A DNA stretch of 64,000 nt from NCBI GenBank assembly GCA_964630375.1, contig CAZVRT010000005.1:5798-69797 (forward strand), written 5' to 3'. Below, in pieces: positions 37,593 through 46,308 of the stretch. The notes beneath the pieces were generated by a model. The model was not told the DNA's origin and ran no database searches. It saw only the letters and a list, made by a program, of their open reading frames with translations. How positions within the stretch are numbered: position 1 is the first letter of the stretch; each line of letters opens with the position of its first letter. A program made the position numbers and the translations under genes. The DNA comes from an uncultured Candidatus Saccharibacteria bacterium. Its GTDB lineage: Bacteria; Patescibacteriota; Minisyncoccia; Phycocordibacterales; JAACPR01.

Positions 37593-38630
37593 GTGAAAAT
37601 GCCAACAAAGATAACATTTAAACCAAAACAAGTAACTAGCAAAATTCTTGAAATGCTACCTGATAGAGCAAGGGATATTATCGTCGGAAGATATGGTCTT
37701 GGAGACTCAAGTGAGAAGAAAACACTGGAATCTATCGGAAAGAAGTACGATATTACAAGAGAGCGAGTTAGACAGATTGAGGAATATTCTCTTTCTAATA
37801 TTCGAAAATCTGACGAGTTCAAAAAACTTGGCCCTGTTTTTGATGAATTAAAGCTTATAGTTGAAAGTCTTGGTGGAGTTGTTGATGAACAAGAACTACT
37901 TGATGCAGTTTCAAAAAATCAAAGTATTCAAAACCACGTTCACTTTTTGCTGGTTCTGGGAGATCCTTTTGTGAGACTAAAAGAAAACAGCGAATTCACT
38001 TGTCGTTGGTGTGTTGATGAGCCGTTGGCAAAAAATATTGAATCTTCAATCAAAACACTTTACGGAAAACTAAAAGAAGATGATATTGTTTCTGAATCAG
38101 AATTGATTGATGAGTTTCTAAATCACGTTAAAGAAGTTTCTGAATATCATAAAAATGATGAAATTATCAAACGATGGTTGAACACTTCAAAGAGAATCAA
38201 GAAAAATCCTTTGGGAGAATGGGGAAAAGCTGAATCACCAAACATTAATGTGAAAGGAATGAGAGATTATGCTTACCTTGTAATCCGACAACACGGTTCT
38301 CCAATTCACTTTAGAGAAGTTGCTGAGCAAATTTCAAAGCTTTTTGGTAAAAAAGCTCACGTTGCAACAACACACAACGAACTTATCAAAGATCCTAGAT
38401 TTGTTTTAGTTGGAAGAGGTTTGTACGCGCTTTCTGATTGGGGTTATATGAGTGGTGTTGTCCGAGATGTTATCAATAACATTATTAAAAAACACGGGCC
38501 TCTAACAAAAGAAGAAATTATTGAGAAAGTTTTGAAAGAAAGATATGTAAAAGAAAATACAATTCTTGTAAATCTTCAAAATCCAAAATTCTTCACTAAA
38601 GACGTGAAAGGAAGATACGACATTGCGTAA
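37593..38630 (+). CDS. Putative DNA-binding protein: sigma-70 region-4-like HTH fused to C-terminal Mrr_N-like winged-helix repeats
   Basis: N-terminal ARDIIVGRYGL...TLESIGKKYDITRERVRQIE (sigma r4 pattern). C-terminal ...FREVAEQI...RFVLVGRGLYALSDWGY and ...KRIKKNPLGEWGKAE. Confidence 0.5.
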   Translation: MKMPTKITFKPKQVTSKILEMLPDRARDIIVGRYGLGDSSEKKTLESIGKKYDITRERVRQIEEYSLSNIRKSDEFKKLGPVFDELKLIVESLGGVVDEQELLDAVSKNQSIQNHVHFLLVLGDPFVRLKENSEFTCRWCVDEPLAKNIESSIKTLYGKLKEDDIVSESELIDEFLNHVKEVSEYHKNDEIIKRWLNTSKRIKKNPLGEWGKAESPNINVKGMRDYAYLVIRQHGSPIHFREVAEQISKLFGKKAHVATTHNELIKDPRFVLVGRGLYALSDWGYMSGVVRDVINNIIKKHGPLTKEEIIEKVLKERYVKENTILVNLQNPKFFTKDVKGRYDIA

Positions 38631-38673
38631 AAGTTGTCTTTGTCGCTCGTAACTACATGCTATAATTTAAGAG

Positions 38674-39918
38674 ATGGATGAATCGATGCTGATTGGTAGT
38701 GTTTTTGATTTCGTTATTTCTTTAATACCGATCCTTGTTCCGATTGGTTTGTTTTGGCTTTTAATAAAAATGTACATTGATGCAAACAGAGCTACTTTTC
38801 TTGCATCTCAAGAGTATGTTTTATTGCAAATAACTCCTCCGCAAAATGTAGACAAAACTCCAGCAGCGATGGAATTGTTTTTAACAGCTTTGCACCAAAC
38901 TGGAGGTGAAGGAAATTGGTATGACAAATATGTTCAAGGAAAAGTACGTGCATGGTTTTCTTTGGAAGTTGTCTCTATTGGTGGAGATGTGAGTTTCTTT
39001 ATCTGGACTAGAAAGGGATTTGTTCGCTTGATTGAATCACAGTTGTATTCTCAGTTTCCTGGAATTGAAGTTCGCCAAACCGAAGATTACACAATGGGTC
39101 TGAAATATGATGGAAGTATTGAATTGTTTGGTGGTGAGTTGAAATTGACTGAAGTTGATGCGCTTCCAATAAAAACTTATGTTGATTATGGTATCGATAA
39201 AGAGATGGATGAAGAATATAAAATTGATCCGATAACTCCAGTTATTGAAACTTTAGCTTCTGTTACACCAGGACACCAAATGTGGATTCAAATTATTGTA
39301 AGAGCTCATAAAAAAGAAGATTTAAAACCGGGAAGTTGGAATACTTTACAAGACAACTGGAAAGAAGGAGGAAAAGAAGCAATCAAAAAAATAAAAGAGG
39401 ATTCAAAAGTCGAGGTTGGTGATGGCGAAAGTAAGCGTCAACAAGTCGCGATGACTGAAGGTCAAAAAAATAAAATTGTTGCAATCGAAAGAAGTTTGTC
39501 AAAAATGGCTTTTGATACCGGTGTAAGAATGATTTATTTGGCAGAAAAATCTGTTTATGACAGCGGATACGTTGGAGCAATGACCGGTTCATTCAAGCAA
39601 TATAATTCGCCTGATTTAAACGGTTTTGGAATGGCTTGGACAACATCTTTTGATTTTCCTTGGCAAGATATCAGTGGAAATAAAATTAAAGTTTTGAAAG
39701 ACGAAATTTTGGAAGCATATAAAGAAAGAAATTATTTCTGGAGAGAACGTCCAGCTTTCAGCACTTTTGGAAAGAAAATTGTTGAAAGAAAGTATTTTGT
39801 TCTAAACACAGAAGAATTAGCAACAATTTTTCACTTCCCAGGAAAAGTTGCTTCAACTCCTTCGCTACATCGTGTAGAATCTAAGAAAGCTACTCCACCA
39901 GCAAACTTGCCAATTTAA
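38674..39918 (+). CDS. Hypothetical membrane-anchored protein
   Basis: 414 aa; N-terminal TM helix (ISLIPILVPIGLFWLLI); no P-loop; no family recognised. Confidence 0.5.
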   Translation: MDESMLIGSVFDFVISLIPILVPIGLFWLLIKMYIDANRATFLASQEYVLLQITPPQNVDKTPAAMELFLTALHQTGGEGNWYDKYVQGKVRAWFSLEVVSIGGDVSFFIWTRKGFVRLIESQLYSQFPGIEVRQTEDYTMGLKYDGSIELFGGELKLTEVDALPIKTYVDYGIDKEMDEEYKIDPITPVIETLASVTPGHQMWIQIIVRAHKKEDLKPGSWNTLQDNWKEGGKEAIKKIKEDSKVEVGDGESKRQQVAMTEGQKNKIVAIERSLSKMAFDTGVRMIYLAEKSVYDSGYVGAMTGSFKQYNSPDLNGFGMAWTTSFDFPWQDISGNKIKVLKDEILEAYKERNYFWRERPAFSTFGKKIVERKYFVLNTEELATIFHFPGKVASTPSLHRVESKKATPPANLPI

Positions 39919-39943
39919 TTAAAAAAAGAAAATTTATAAAAAT

Positions 39944-40939
39944 ATGTTGAAATTAAATAATAACTTAATTTGTTGTGTAAGAGACTGGTTTAAAAATAAA
40001 AACAACATAATAATTTCTATTTTTATTCTGCTGATTTTAATTTCAGTGTCTTGGATTCATTTAACAAGCCCTGCAAATAATTTAGAAACTCCGATTTTAG
40101 TTGAAATTAAATCCGGTGAATCTTTGAAAGATGTGAGTCAAAAGTTTAAAGATTTAAAAATTATTAAATCTCGGAATATCATGAACATGATTGTCATTTT
40201 GGGAGACGGTGATGATAAAGTTGTTTCTGGAGAATATTTATTTGAAACTGCACCATCTGTTTTTGAAGTTGCTGACAGAATTACCAAAGGAGATTTTGGA
40301 ATTGATATAAAAGAAGTCAGGATTCCAGAAGGAGCAACTGTTCAAGATATTGCAATCATAATGGAAAACAGATTTCCATATTTCAATAAAGATGCATTTT
40401 TGCAATTAGCCTCAGACAGTGAAGGAATGCTTTTCCCGGATACTTACAGTTTTCTTGAAACAGTAAAAGCTTACGAAGTTTACAATGTTCTAAAAAATAA
40501 TTTTGAAAAGAAAATTGCTGAAATCAAACCCTTGATAAAGAAAAATAATTTATCTTTGGAAGATGTTGTAAAAGTTGCTTCAATTGTTGAAAAAGAAGCA
40601 ACGGCTGATTCAAGAGAAGAAGTCGCAAGTATTATTTGGAAAAGATTAGAAATTGATATGCTTCTCCAAGTTGATGCGACTTTTGTTTATTCGATTGGGA
40701 AGGGTACATTTGATTTAACAAAAACAGATTTGACTAATAAAGAAAATCCATATAATACTTATGTTTATAAAGGATTACCGCCGACTCCAATTGGAAACCC
40801 TAGTCTAGAAGCCTTAAAAGCGGCTGCTAGTGCAACGGATACAGAGTACTTGTACTTTTTAACAGGAAGAGACGGTGAAATGTATTATGCTAAAGATTTT
40901 GAGCAACATAAGAAAAATAGACAAAGATACCTCGACTAA
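39944..40939 (+). CDS. mltG: Endolytic murein transglycosylase MltG/YceG paralog 2
   Basis: N-terminal TM, YNTYVYKGLPPTPIGNPS; clearly paralogous to the 30520 gene. Confidence 0.8.
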   Translation: MLKLNNNLICCVRDWFKNKNNIIISIFILLILISVSWIHLTSPANNLETPILVEIKSGESLKDVSQKFKDLKIIKSRNIMNMIVILGDGDDKVVSGEYLFETAPSVFEVADRITKGDFGIDIKEVRIPEGATVQDIAIIMENRFPYFNKDAFLQLASDSEGMLFPDTYSFLETVKAYEVYNVLKNNFEKKIAEIKPLIKKNNLSLEDVVKVASIVEKEATADSREEVASIIWKRLEIDMLLQVDATFVYSIGKGTFDLTKTDLTNKENPYNTYVYKGLPPTPIGNPSLEALKAAASATDTEYLYFLTGRDGEMYYAKDFEQHKKNRQRYLD

Positions 40940-41993
40940 AAACAAAAAAGTTTTTGTTGGTGTTTCTGGTGGTGTTGATTCTTCTGTGACTGCAACTTTA
41001 CTAAAACAACAAGGTTATGATGTAACTGGTGTTTTTATAAAAATTTGGCATCCAGATTTGATTGGTTGCGATTGGAAAGAAGAAATGAGAGACGCGATGC
41101 GTGTTTGTGCGCATTTGGAAATTCCTTTTCAAATGGTTGATTTGGCTGATGTTTACAGAGAAAAAGTCATTGAATATATGACGGAATCTTATAAAAGAGG
41201 AGAAATTCCGAATCCAGATGTTATGTGCAATACATATGTTAAATTTGGAGTTTTTTATGATTGGGCAATAAACAATGGTGCTGATTTTGTGGCGACCGGT
41301 CATTATGCTCAAATAAAAAATGAAAACAACAATGCAAAATTATTTGCGGGAATTGATGAGAAAAAAGATCAATCATATTTTTTGTGGAATATTAAAAAAG
41401 ATCGGTTGAAAAAAATGATTTTACCAATCGGCCAATATACAAAACCAGAAGTTAGAGAAATCGCCGAAAAAAATAATCTGCCAACTGCTAAAAAACCTGA
41501 TAGCCAAGGACTTTGTTTTATTGGTGATGTTGATTTAAAAAGTTTTTTAAAAAATAAATTAAATTTGCAGAAGGGAAATGTTTTAAATAAAAAAGGAGAA
41601 ATTGTTGGTTTTCATGAAGGTGCTGAATTATACACAACCGGAGAAAGACATGGATTTCATGTTGAAGCAAAAAAATCTTCTCAAGAACCTTTGTATATTA
41701 TTTCTAAAAATATCAAAGAAAATACAATTACGGTTGGAGAAAAAGACGAATTAGAAAAAGCTACTACCAAAAAAATTGCACTGAAATATGTAAATTTACT
41801 AGTTGAAGACCTGCCGGAAAGCTTTGAAGTAGCTTTCAGATATCAAGGAAAAAAGGAAAAGGTTCAAAATTTTGAGCTAATAAATGACGAAATTCATTTA
41901 AATCTTGAAACCTCGATTACAAAACCGGCTTCTGGTCAATCCGCAGTATTTTTTAAAGAGGGGTGTTGTCTTGGCGGAGGAGTGATACAATAG
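40875..41993 (+). CDS. mnmA: tRNA-specific 2-thiouridylase MnmA
   Basis: PP-loop VFVGVSGGVDSSV, catalytic Cys region, C-terminal beta-barrel. 5' end overlaps the mltG 3' end; start could be 40875 or 40887. Confidence 0.88.
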   Translation: MKCIMLKILSNIRKIDKDTSTKNKKVFVGVSGGVDSSVTATLLKQQGYDVTGVFIKIWHPDLIGCDWKEEMRDAMRVCAHLEIPFQMVDLADVYREKVIEYMTESYKRGEIPNPDVMCNTYVKFGVFYDWAINNGADFVATGHYAQIKNENNNAKLFAGIDEKKDQSYFLWNIKKDRLKKMILPIGQYTKPEVREIAEKNNLPTAKKPDSQGLCFIGDVDLKSFLKNKLNLQKGNVLNKKGEIVGFHEGAELYTTGERHGFHVEAKKSSQEPLYIISKNIKENTITVGEKDELEKATTKKIALKYVNLLVEDLPESFEVAFRYQGKKEKVQNFELINDEIHLNLETSITKPASGQSAVFFKEGCCLGGGVIQ

Positions 41994-41998
41994 AGTAT

Positions 41999-42448
41999 AT
42001 GACAAACAAAAAAATCATTTCAATTTTTATTATTGCTTTATTGGTTTTAGCAGCTCTTTGTTTTCTATCATTGAAAGCAAATAAGAACAATTTATCTGAA
42101 GTTGAAATACCACAAGATCAAGAAGTTTTTGAAAGAACAATAGATGTTAAGCATCAATATAAAGATGGAAAACATATTTTTGCAGGAACATTAGAAGTAC
42201 CGACACCTTGTCATTTTGTTGAGGCAACAATTAACGAAGGAGAAGTTTCTGAATTAAATTTAGAAGTTAAAGACTCTGGAGAAATTTGTGCACAAGTTAT
42301 TTCACAAGCAAACTTCTATGTTGAACATGAAGGTCCAGAAAATATGTTGTTTGTAGGAAGGTTAAATGGAGAAATGGTTAACTTAAATCAATTTCATATT
42401 GATAGTGATATAGATATCAACGACGTAGATATTTTCATGAAAGGTTAA
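41999..42448 (+). CDS. Hypothetical membrane-anchored protein
   Basis: 150 aa from ATG 41999 (MTNKKIISIFIIALLVLAAL...); single N-terminal TM. Confidence 0.4.
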   Translation: MTNKKIISIFIIALLVLAALCFLSLKANKNNLSEVEIPQDQEVFERTIDVKHQYKDGKHIFAGTLEVPTPCHFVEATINEGEVSELNLEVKDSGEICAQVISQANFYVEHEGPENMLFVGRLNGEMVNLNQFHIDSDIDINDVDIFMKG

Positions 42449-42454
42449 TAGACA

Positions 42455-43300
42455 ATGTCTCATTTACCGCAGATTACAAAAGCAGATGGAACTCGTGAGC
42501 CTTTTGATCCACAGAAGCTTTTAGAGTCGCTTTTAAGAGCTAGAGCAGATAGGAGAATTGCAGATGAAATTGTAGAAAAAATCAATAAAGAAATCCGAGA
42601 CGGAATGACGACTTCTCATATTTATGAGCGTGCATTTGATTTATTGAATCAAAGGTCAAAAAAAACTGCACAAAAATATTCTATTAGAAGATCAATTCTA
42701 AACTTAGGGCCAACAGGCTTTCCTTTTGAGAAATATATTTCTGAAATTTTTAAATCAAAAGGATATGAAACTAGAGTAGGACAAATTTTGAAAGGAAAAT
42801 GCTTGGAACATGAAGTTGATTTGGTGGCTTGGAATGATAAAGAAATGATTATTGCCGAAATTAAATTTCACAATGAGTTAAGTGCAAAAAGCGATACAAA
42901 AGTTGCTCTGTATGTTAAAGCAAGATTTGATGATTTGGTAAGTCAAAAATTCAAAATTGCAGGAAAAGAAAGACAAATCAAAAAAGCAATTTTAATTACA
43001 AATACAAAATTTACCGACAACGCAAAAAAATACGCCGAATGTGTCGGGACTTTTGAGATGGTGAGTTGGGATTATCCGAGAAAAGGGAATCTTTTTGATT
43101 TGATTGACGAAACAAAAATGTATCCTGTTACTGCAATTCCACTACTTTCAAAAAAGAATCAGCAAGATTTGTTGAATGAAGGTGTTGTGAACTGCTTACA
43201 CTTAAAAGATAAAAAACCAATCATGAAAGGCGTTGGTATTTCTGACGAAAAAATTACCGAAATTGTAGAAAATATTGAGAATTTGTGTTTGCCTGAGTAA
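42455..43300 (+). CDS. ATP-cone domain fused to PD-(D/E)xK restriction-endonuclease-like (Mrr_cat) domain protein
   Basis: N-terminal ATP-cone pattern (ITKADGTREPFDPQKLLESLLRA). Nuclease core ...EVDLVAW...IIAEIKFHN (D...E-x-K). About 100-aa C-terminal extension. Confidence 0.6.
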   Translation: MSHLPQITKADGTREPFDPQKLLESLLRARADRRIADEIVEKINKEIRDGMTTSHIYERAFDLLNQRSKKTAQKYSIRRSILNLGPTGFPFEKYISEIFKSKGYETRVGQILKGKCLEHEVDLVAWNDKEMIIAEIKFHNELSAKSDTKVALYVKARFDDLVSQKFKIAGKERQIKKAILITNTKFTDNAKKYAECVGTFEMVSWDYPRKGNLFDLIDETKMYPVTAIPLLSKKNQQDLLNEGVVNCLHLKDKKPIMKGVGISDEKITEIVENIENLCLPE

Positions 43301-43373
43301 TAATAAATAAATTTGCAGTATTTTTGTTTCTGGAGTAATCTTTTTATACAATATTTATCTAAAGTTTATAAAA

Positions 43374-45143
43374 ATGAAATCACAAGAAATCCGACAAAAA
43401 TTCCTTACTTTTCTTGAAAAAAGAGGACATACAATAATTCCTTCTGCTTCTGTTGTGCCAGAAAACGACCCATCTGTGCTTTTTACAACTGCCGGAATGC
43501 AACCTCTTGTGCCATATCTGACAGGTGAATCACACCCAGCCGGAACTCGTTTGGCAAACCTACAAAAATGTATCCGAACCGTCGATATTGAAGAAGTGGG
43601 CGACAACACTCACCATACTTTTTTTGAAATGATGGGTTACTGGTCTCTTGGTGATTATTTTAAAAAAGAAGCCATCGCGCAAACTTTTGAGTTTATTACA
43701 TCAAAAGAAGAAGGACTTGGTCTTGATGTAAATCGACTTTATGTAACTTGTTTTGAAGGAAACAATGATGCACCAAAAGACACTGAATCAGCAGAAATTT
43801 GGAAATCACTTGGACTTCCTGAAGATAGAATTTTCTTTTTAGGTGTGAAAGATAACTGGTGGAGTCCAGGAGAAAATGGTCCTTGTGGTCCTGATTCAGA
43901 ATTATTCTATGATCGAACAGAAAACGGTTTAGGAGATATTTCAAAAGAAGAATTTGAAGAAGCAAATGATTCTCAAAAAGTTGTTGAAATCGTGAACAAT
44001 GTTTTCATGGAATATCAAAAGAAAGATGGTGTGGTAATCGGAAAATTGGAAAAACAAAATGTAGATATGGGTGCAGGTTTTGAAAGAATCACAGCAGTTG
44101 TTCAAAATAAACCAAACGCATACGAAACAGATTTATTTGAACCAATTATTTCAAAAATACAATCTCTCGCTACGAAAGAAGATGTTTTAAGCGAAAGAAT
44201 AATTGCAGATCATATTAGAACTGCCACAATTATGATTTCTGACGGAGTATTGCCTTCAAATACAGATCAAGGTTATATTTTGCGCCGATTAATTCGTCGA
44301 GCAATTAGAAAAGCAGATAATTTAGGAATCGCATCAAATTCTTTGTCTTCTTTAGTGGATGAAATCGCCACAATTTACGATGGTATTTATACAAACATTC
44401 GAGCAAAACAAGAATTTATCGAATCAACAATAGATGAAGAAGAAAATAAATTCAGAAAAACTCTCTCTGACGGAATAAAACATTTCACAAAAATAACTTC
44501 TGACGGAAATTTAAGTGGAGAAGATGCATTTAAGTTATTTTCAACATATGGTTTTCCTTTTGAATTAACAAAAGAATTAGCTCAAGAAAAAAATATTTCA
44601 ATCGACGAAGAAGGCTTTAAAAAAGCTTTGGAAGAACATCAATCTTCATCACGAACTGCTTCTGCAGGAAAATTCAAAGGTGGTTTAGCTGGAAGCGGGG
44701 AAATGGAAACAAAATACCACACTGCAACTCACTTACTTCACGCGGCTTTGCGAAAAGTTTTGGGTGACCATGTTGCACAAAAAGGTAGCAACATTACTTC
44801 TGAAAGACTTCGATTTGATTTTTCTCATCCAGAAAAAATGACTCCTGAGCAAATAAAAGAAGTTGAAGATTGGGTAAATAATGCAATAAATCAAAACGCG
44901 ATTGTTTGCAGAAATGAACTTCCTTTAGAAGAAGCAAAGAAATTAAATGCAATAGGATTGTTTGGAGAAAAATATGGCGACATTGTTTCAGTCTACACAA
45001 TTGGAAATTTTGATGACCCTATCAGTCGAGAATTTTGTGGCGGACCTCATGTAGAAAACACTGGTACTCTTGGAAAATTTAAAATTGCAAAAGAGGAAGC
45101 TTCTAGTGCAGGTGTTCGTCGGATAAAAGCCATTCTTGAATAA
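43374..45143 (+). CDS. alaS: Alanyl-tRNA synthetase, short form (catalytic + editing domains, no C-Ala domain)
   Basis: N-terminal FLEKRGHT...SASVVP, class II motifs, editing HxxxH (HTATHLLHAALRKVLG). Confidence 0.88.
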   Translation: MKSQEIRQKFLTFLEKRGHTIIPSASVVPENDPSVLFTTAGMQPLVPYLTGESHPAGTRLANLQKCIRTVDIEEVGDNTHHTFFEMMGYWSLGDYFKKEAIAQTFEFITSKEEGLGLDVNRLYVTCFEGNNDAPKDTESAEIWKSLGLPEDRIFFLGVKDNWWSPGENGPCGPDSELFYDRTENGLGDISKEEFEEANDSQKVVEIVNNVFMEYQKKDGVVIGKLEKQNVDMGAGFERITAVVQNKPNAYETDLFEPIISKIQSLATKEDVLSERIIADHIRTATIMISDGVLPSNTDQGYILRRLIRRAIRKADNLGIASNSLSSLVDEIATIYDGIYTNIRAKQEFIESTIDEEENKFRKTLSDGIKHFTKITSDGNLSGEDAFKLFSTYGFPFELTKELAQEKNISIDEEGFKKALEEHQSSSRTASAGKFKGGLAGSGEMETKYHTATHLLHAALRKVLGDHVAQKGSNITSERLRFDFSHPEKMTPEQIKEVEDWVNNAINQNAIVCRNELPLEEAKKLNAIGLFGEKYGDIVSVYTIGNFDDPISREFCGGPHVENTGTLGKFKIAKEEASSAGVRRIKAILE

Positions 45144-45167
45144 AAATTTGTTGTATAATAAATCTCA

Positions 45168-46304
45168 ATGGTTTGGGGTTTTAAGAAATCAGAAAAAAGT
45201 TCTGAACATAATCTTTTGATAAATTTGAAATCAAAAAATATTTCTTTTGCGATTTTCAAAAAAACTGAAAACAAAACAGATATCTTGTTCTCAACTTCTT
45301 TAAAACAAAAAGACGATTTAATAAAAACTCTAAATTCTGGCTTGCAAAAAATATCTTCAACAGGCATAACCAACTCCTCAAATGACAAAATTCCTGTAAA
45401 AATAAGCAAAATAAAGGTTGTTTTAGCACCTGAATTTTATGACTGTTATATAAAAGATTTAGTTATTGAAAAAGACAAACCTTTTATTTTGACTGAAGAT
45501 CAATTTTATAAATCAATTGAAAAACACGCAGAAATTTTAGGCGCAGAAAAATCCGGAAAAATTGTTCTGGAAAAAGATGTTACAAATGTCACAATCAACG
45601 GTTACACTTTAAAAAATCCTTTCAATAAAAAAGCAAATAATCTTTTAGTGTCTTTTTATGCCAGCTTTGTTGAAAAAGATTTTCTGTTAGATATAAAAAA
45701 TTCTATCAAAAATCATTTCCCAGGCTCAAAAATAGTTTTCAAAACTCAAACTTTAAATATTTTTAATATTTTAAGAAACGTATTCATCAACATTCCAAAC
45801 TACACATCAATAAATATTTCAGAAAATTACACAGAAGTTTTTATAGTTGAAAATGGAGGTTTAAAATATCAAAAAGAATTTAATTTTGGTTATCAAAAAA
45901 TTATTGATGAAATATCTCAAAAATGTAACTTAAATCCAGCGATTGTTGATTCTGAAATTAAAATGTCTGAAGTAGGAGAACTAAAAAATACTTGTAATCC
46001 TGAAATAGAAAGAGCTCTTGAGAAGCAAAAGAAAATTTGGATAAATATGCTAATTTCAGAAATAGTCGACCAAGAGGGTATAAATATTCCTCCAAAAGTG
46101 TTTTTAATGACAAATAAAAAATACTCGGATATTTTCCTAAAAATTCTAAATGAGCCTCAAAATAGGCAGTCAATATTCAGAAACGAGAAAGATATTACAA
46201 TCATAAATTGCGATAATAAACACTTTAGTAAGTATTTGCTATACAAAGAAAATGTAGAATCTGATATATTTATAGCAGTTAACTCAATTAATTTAGAAGA
46301 TTAG
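45168..46304 (+). CDS. Actin-fold ATPase-like protein (PilM/FtsA-like)
   Basis: 378 aa; phosphate-1-like LLINLKSKNISFAIF; ...INISENYTEVFIVENGGLKYQKEFNFGYQKIIDEI resembles the PilM/FtsA adenosine-motif region. Confidence 0.4.
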   Translation: MVWGFKKSEKSSEHNLLINLKSKNISFAIFKKTENKTDILFSTSLKQKDDLIKTLNSGLQKISSTGITNSSNDKIPVKISKIKVVLAPEFYDCYIKDLVIEKDKPFILTEDQFYKSIEKHAEILGAEKSGKIVLEKDVTNVTINGYTLKNPFNKKANNLLVSFYASFVEKDFLLDIKNSIKNHFPGSKIVFKTQTLNIFNILRNVFINIPNYTSINISENYTEVFIVENGGLKYQKEFNFGYQKIIDEISQKCNLNPAIVDSEIKMSEVGELKNTCNPEIERALEKQKKIWINMLISEIVDQEGINIPPKVFLMTNKKYSDIFLKILNEPQNRQSIFRNEKDITIINCDNKHFSKYLLYKENVESDIFIAVNSINLED

Positions 46305-46308
46305 TTTT

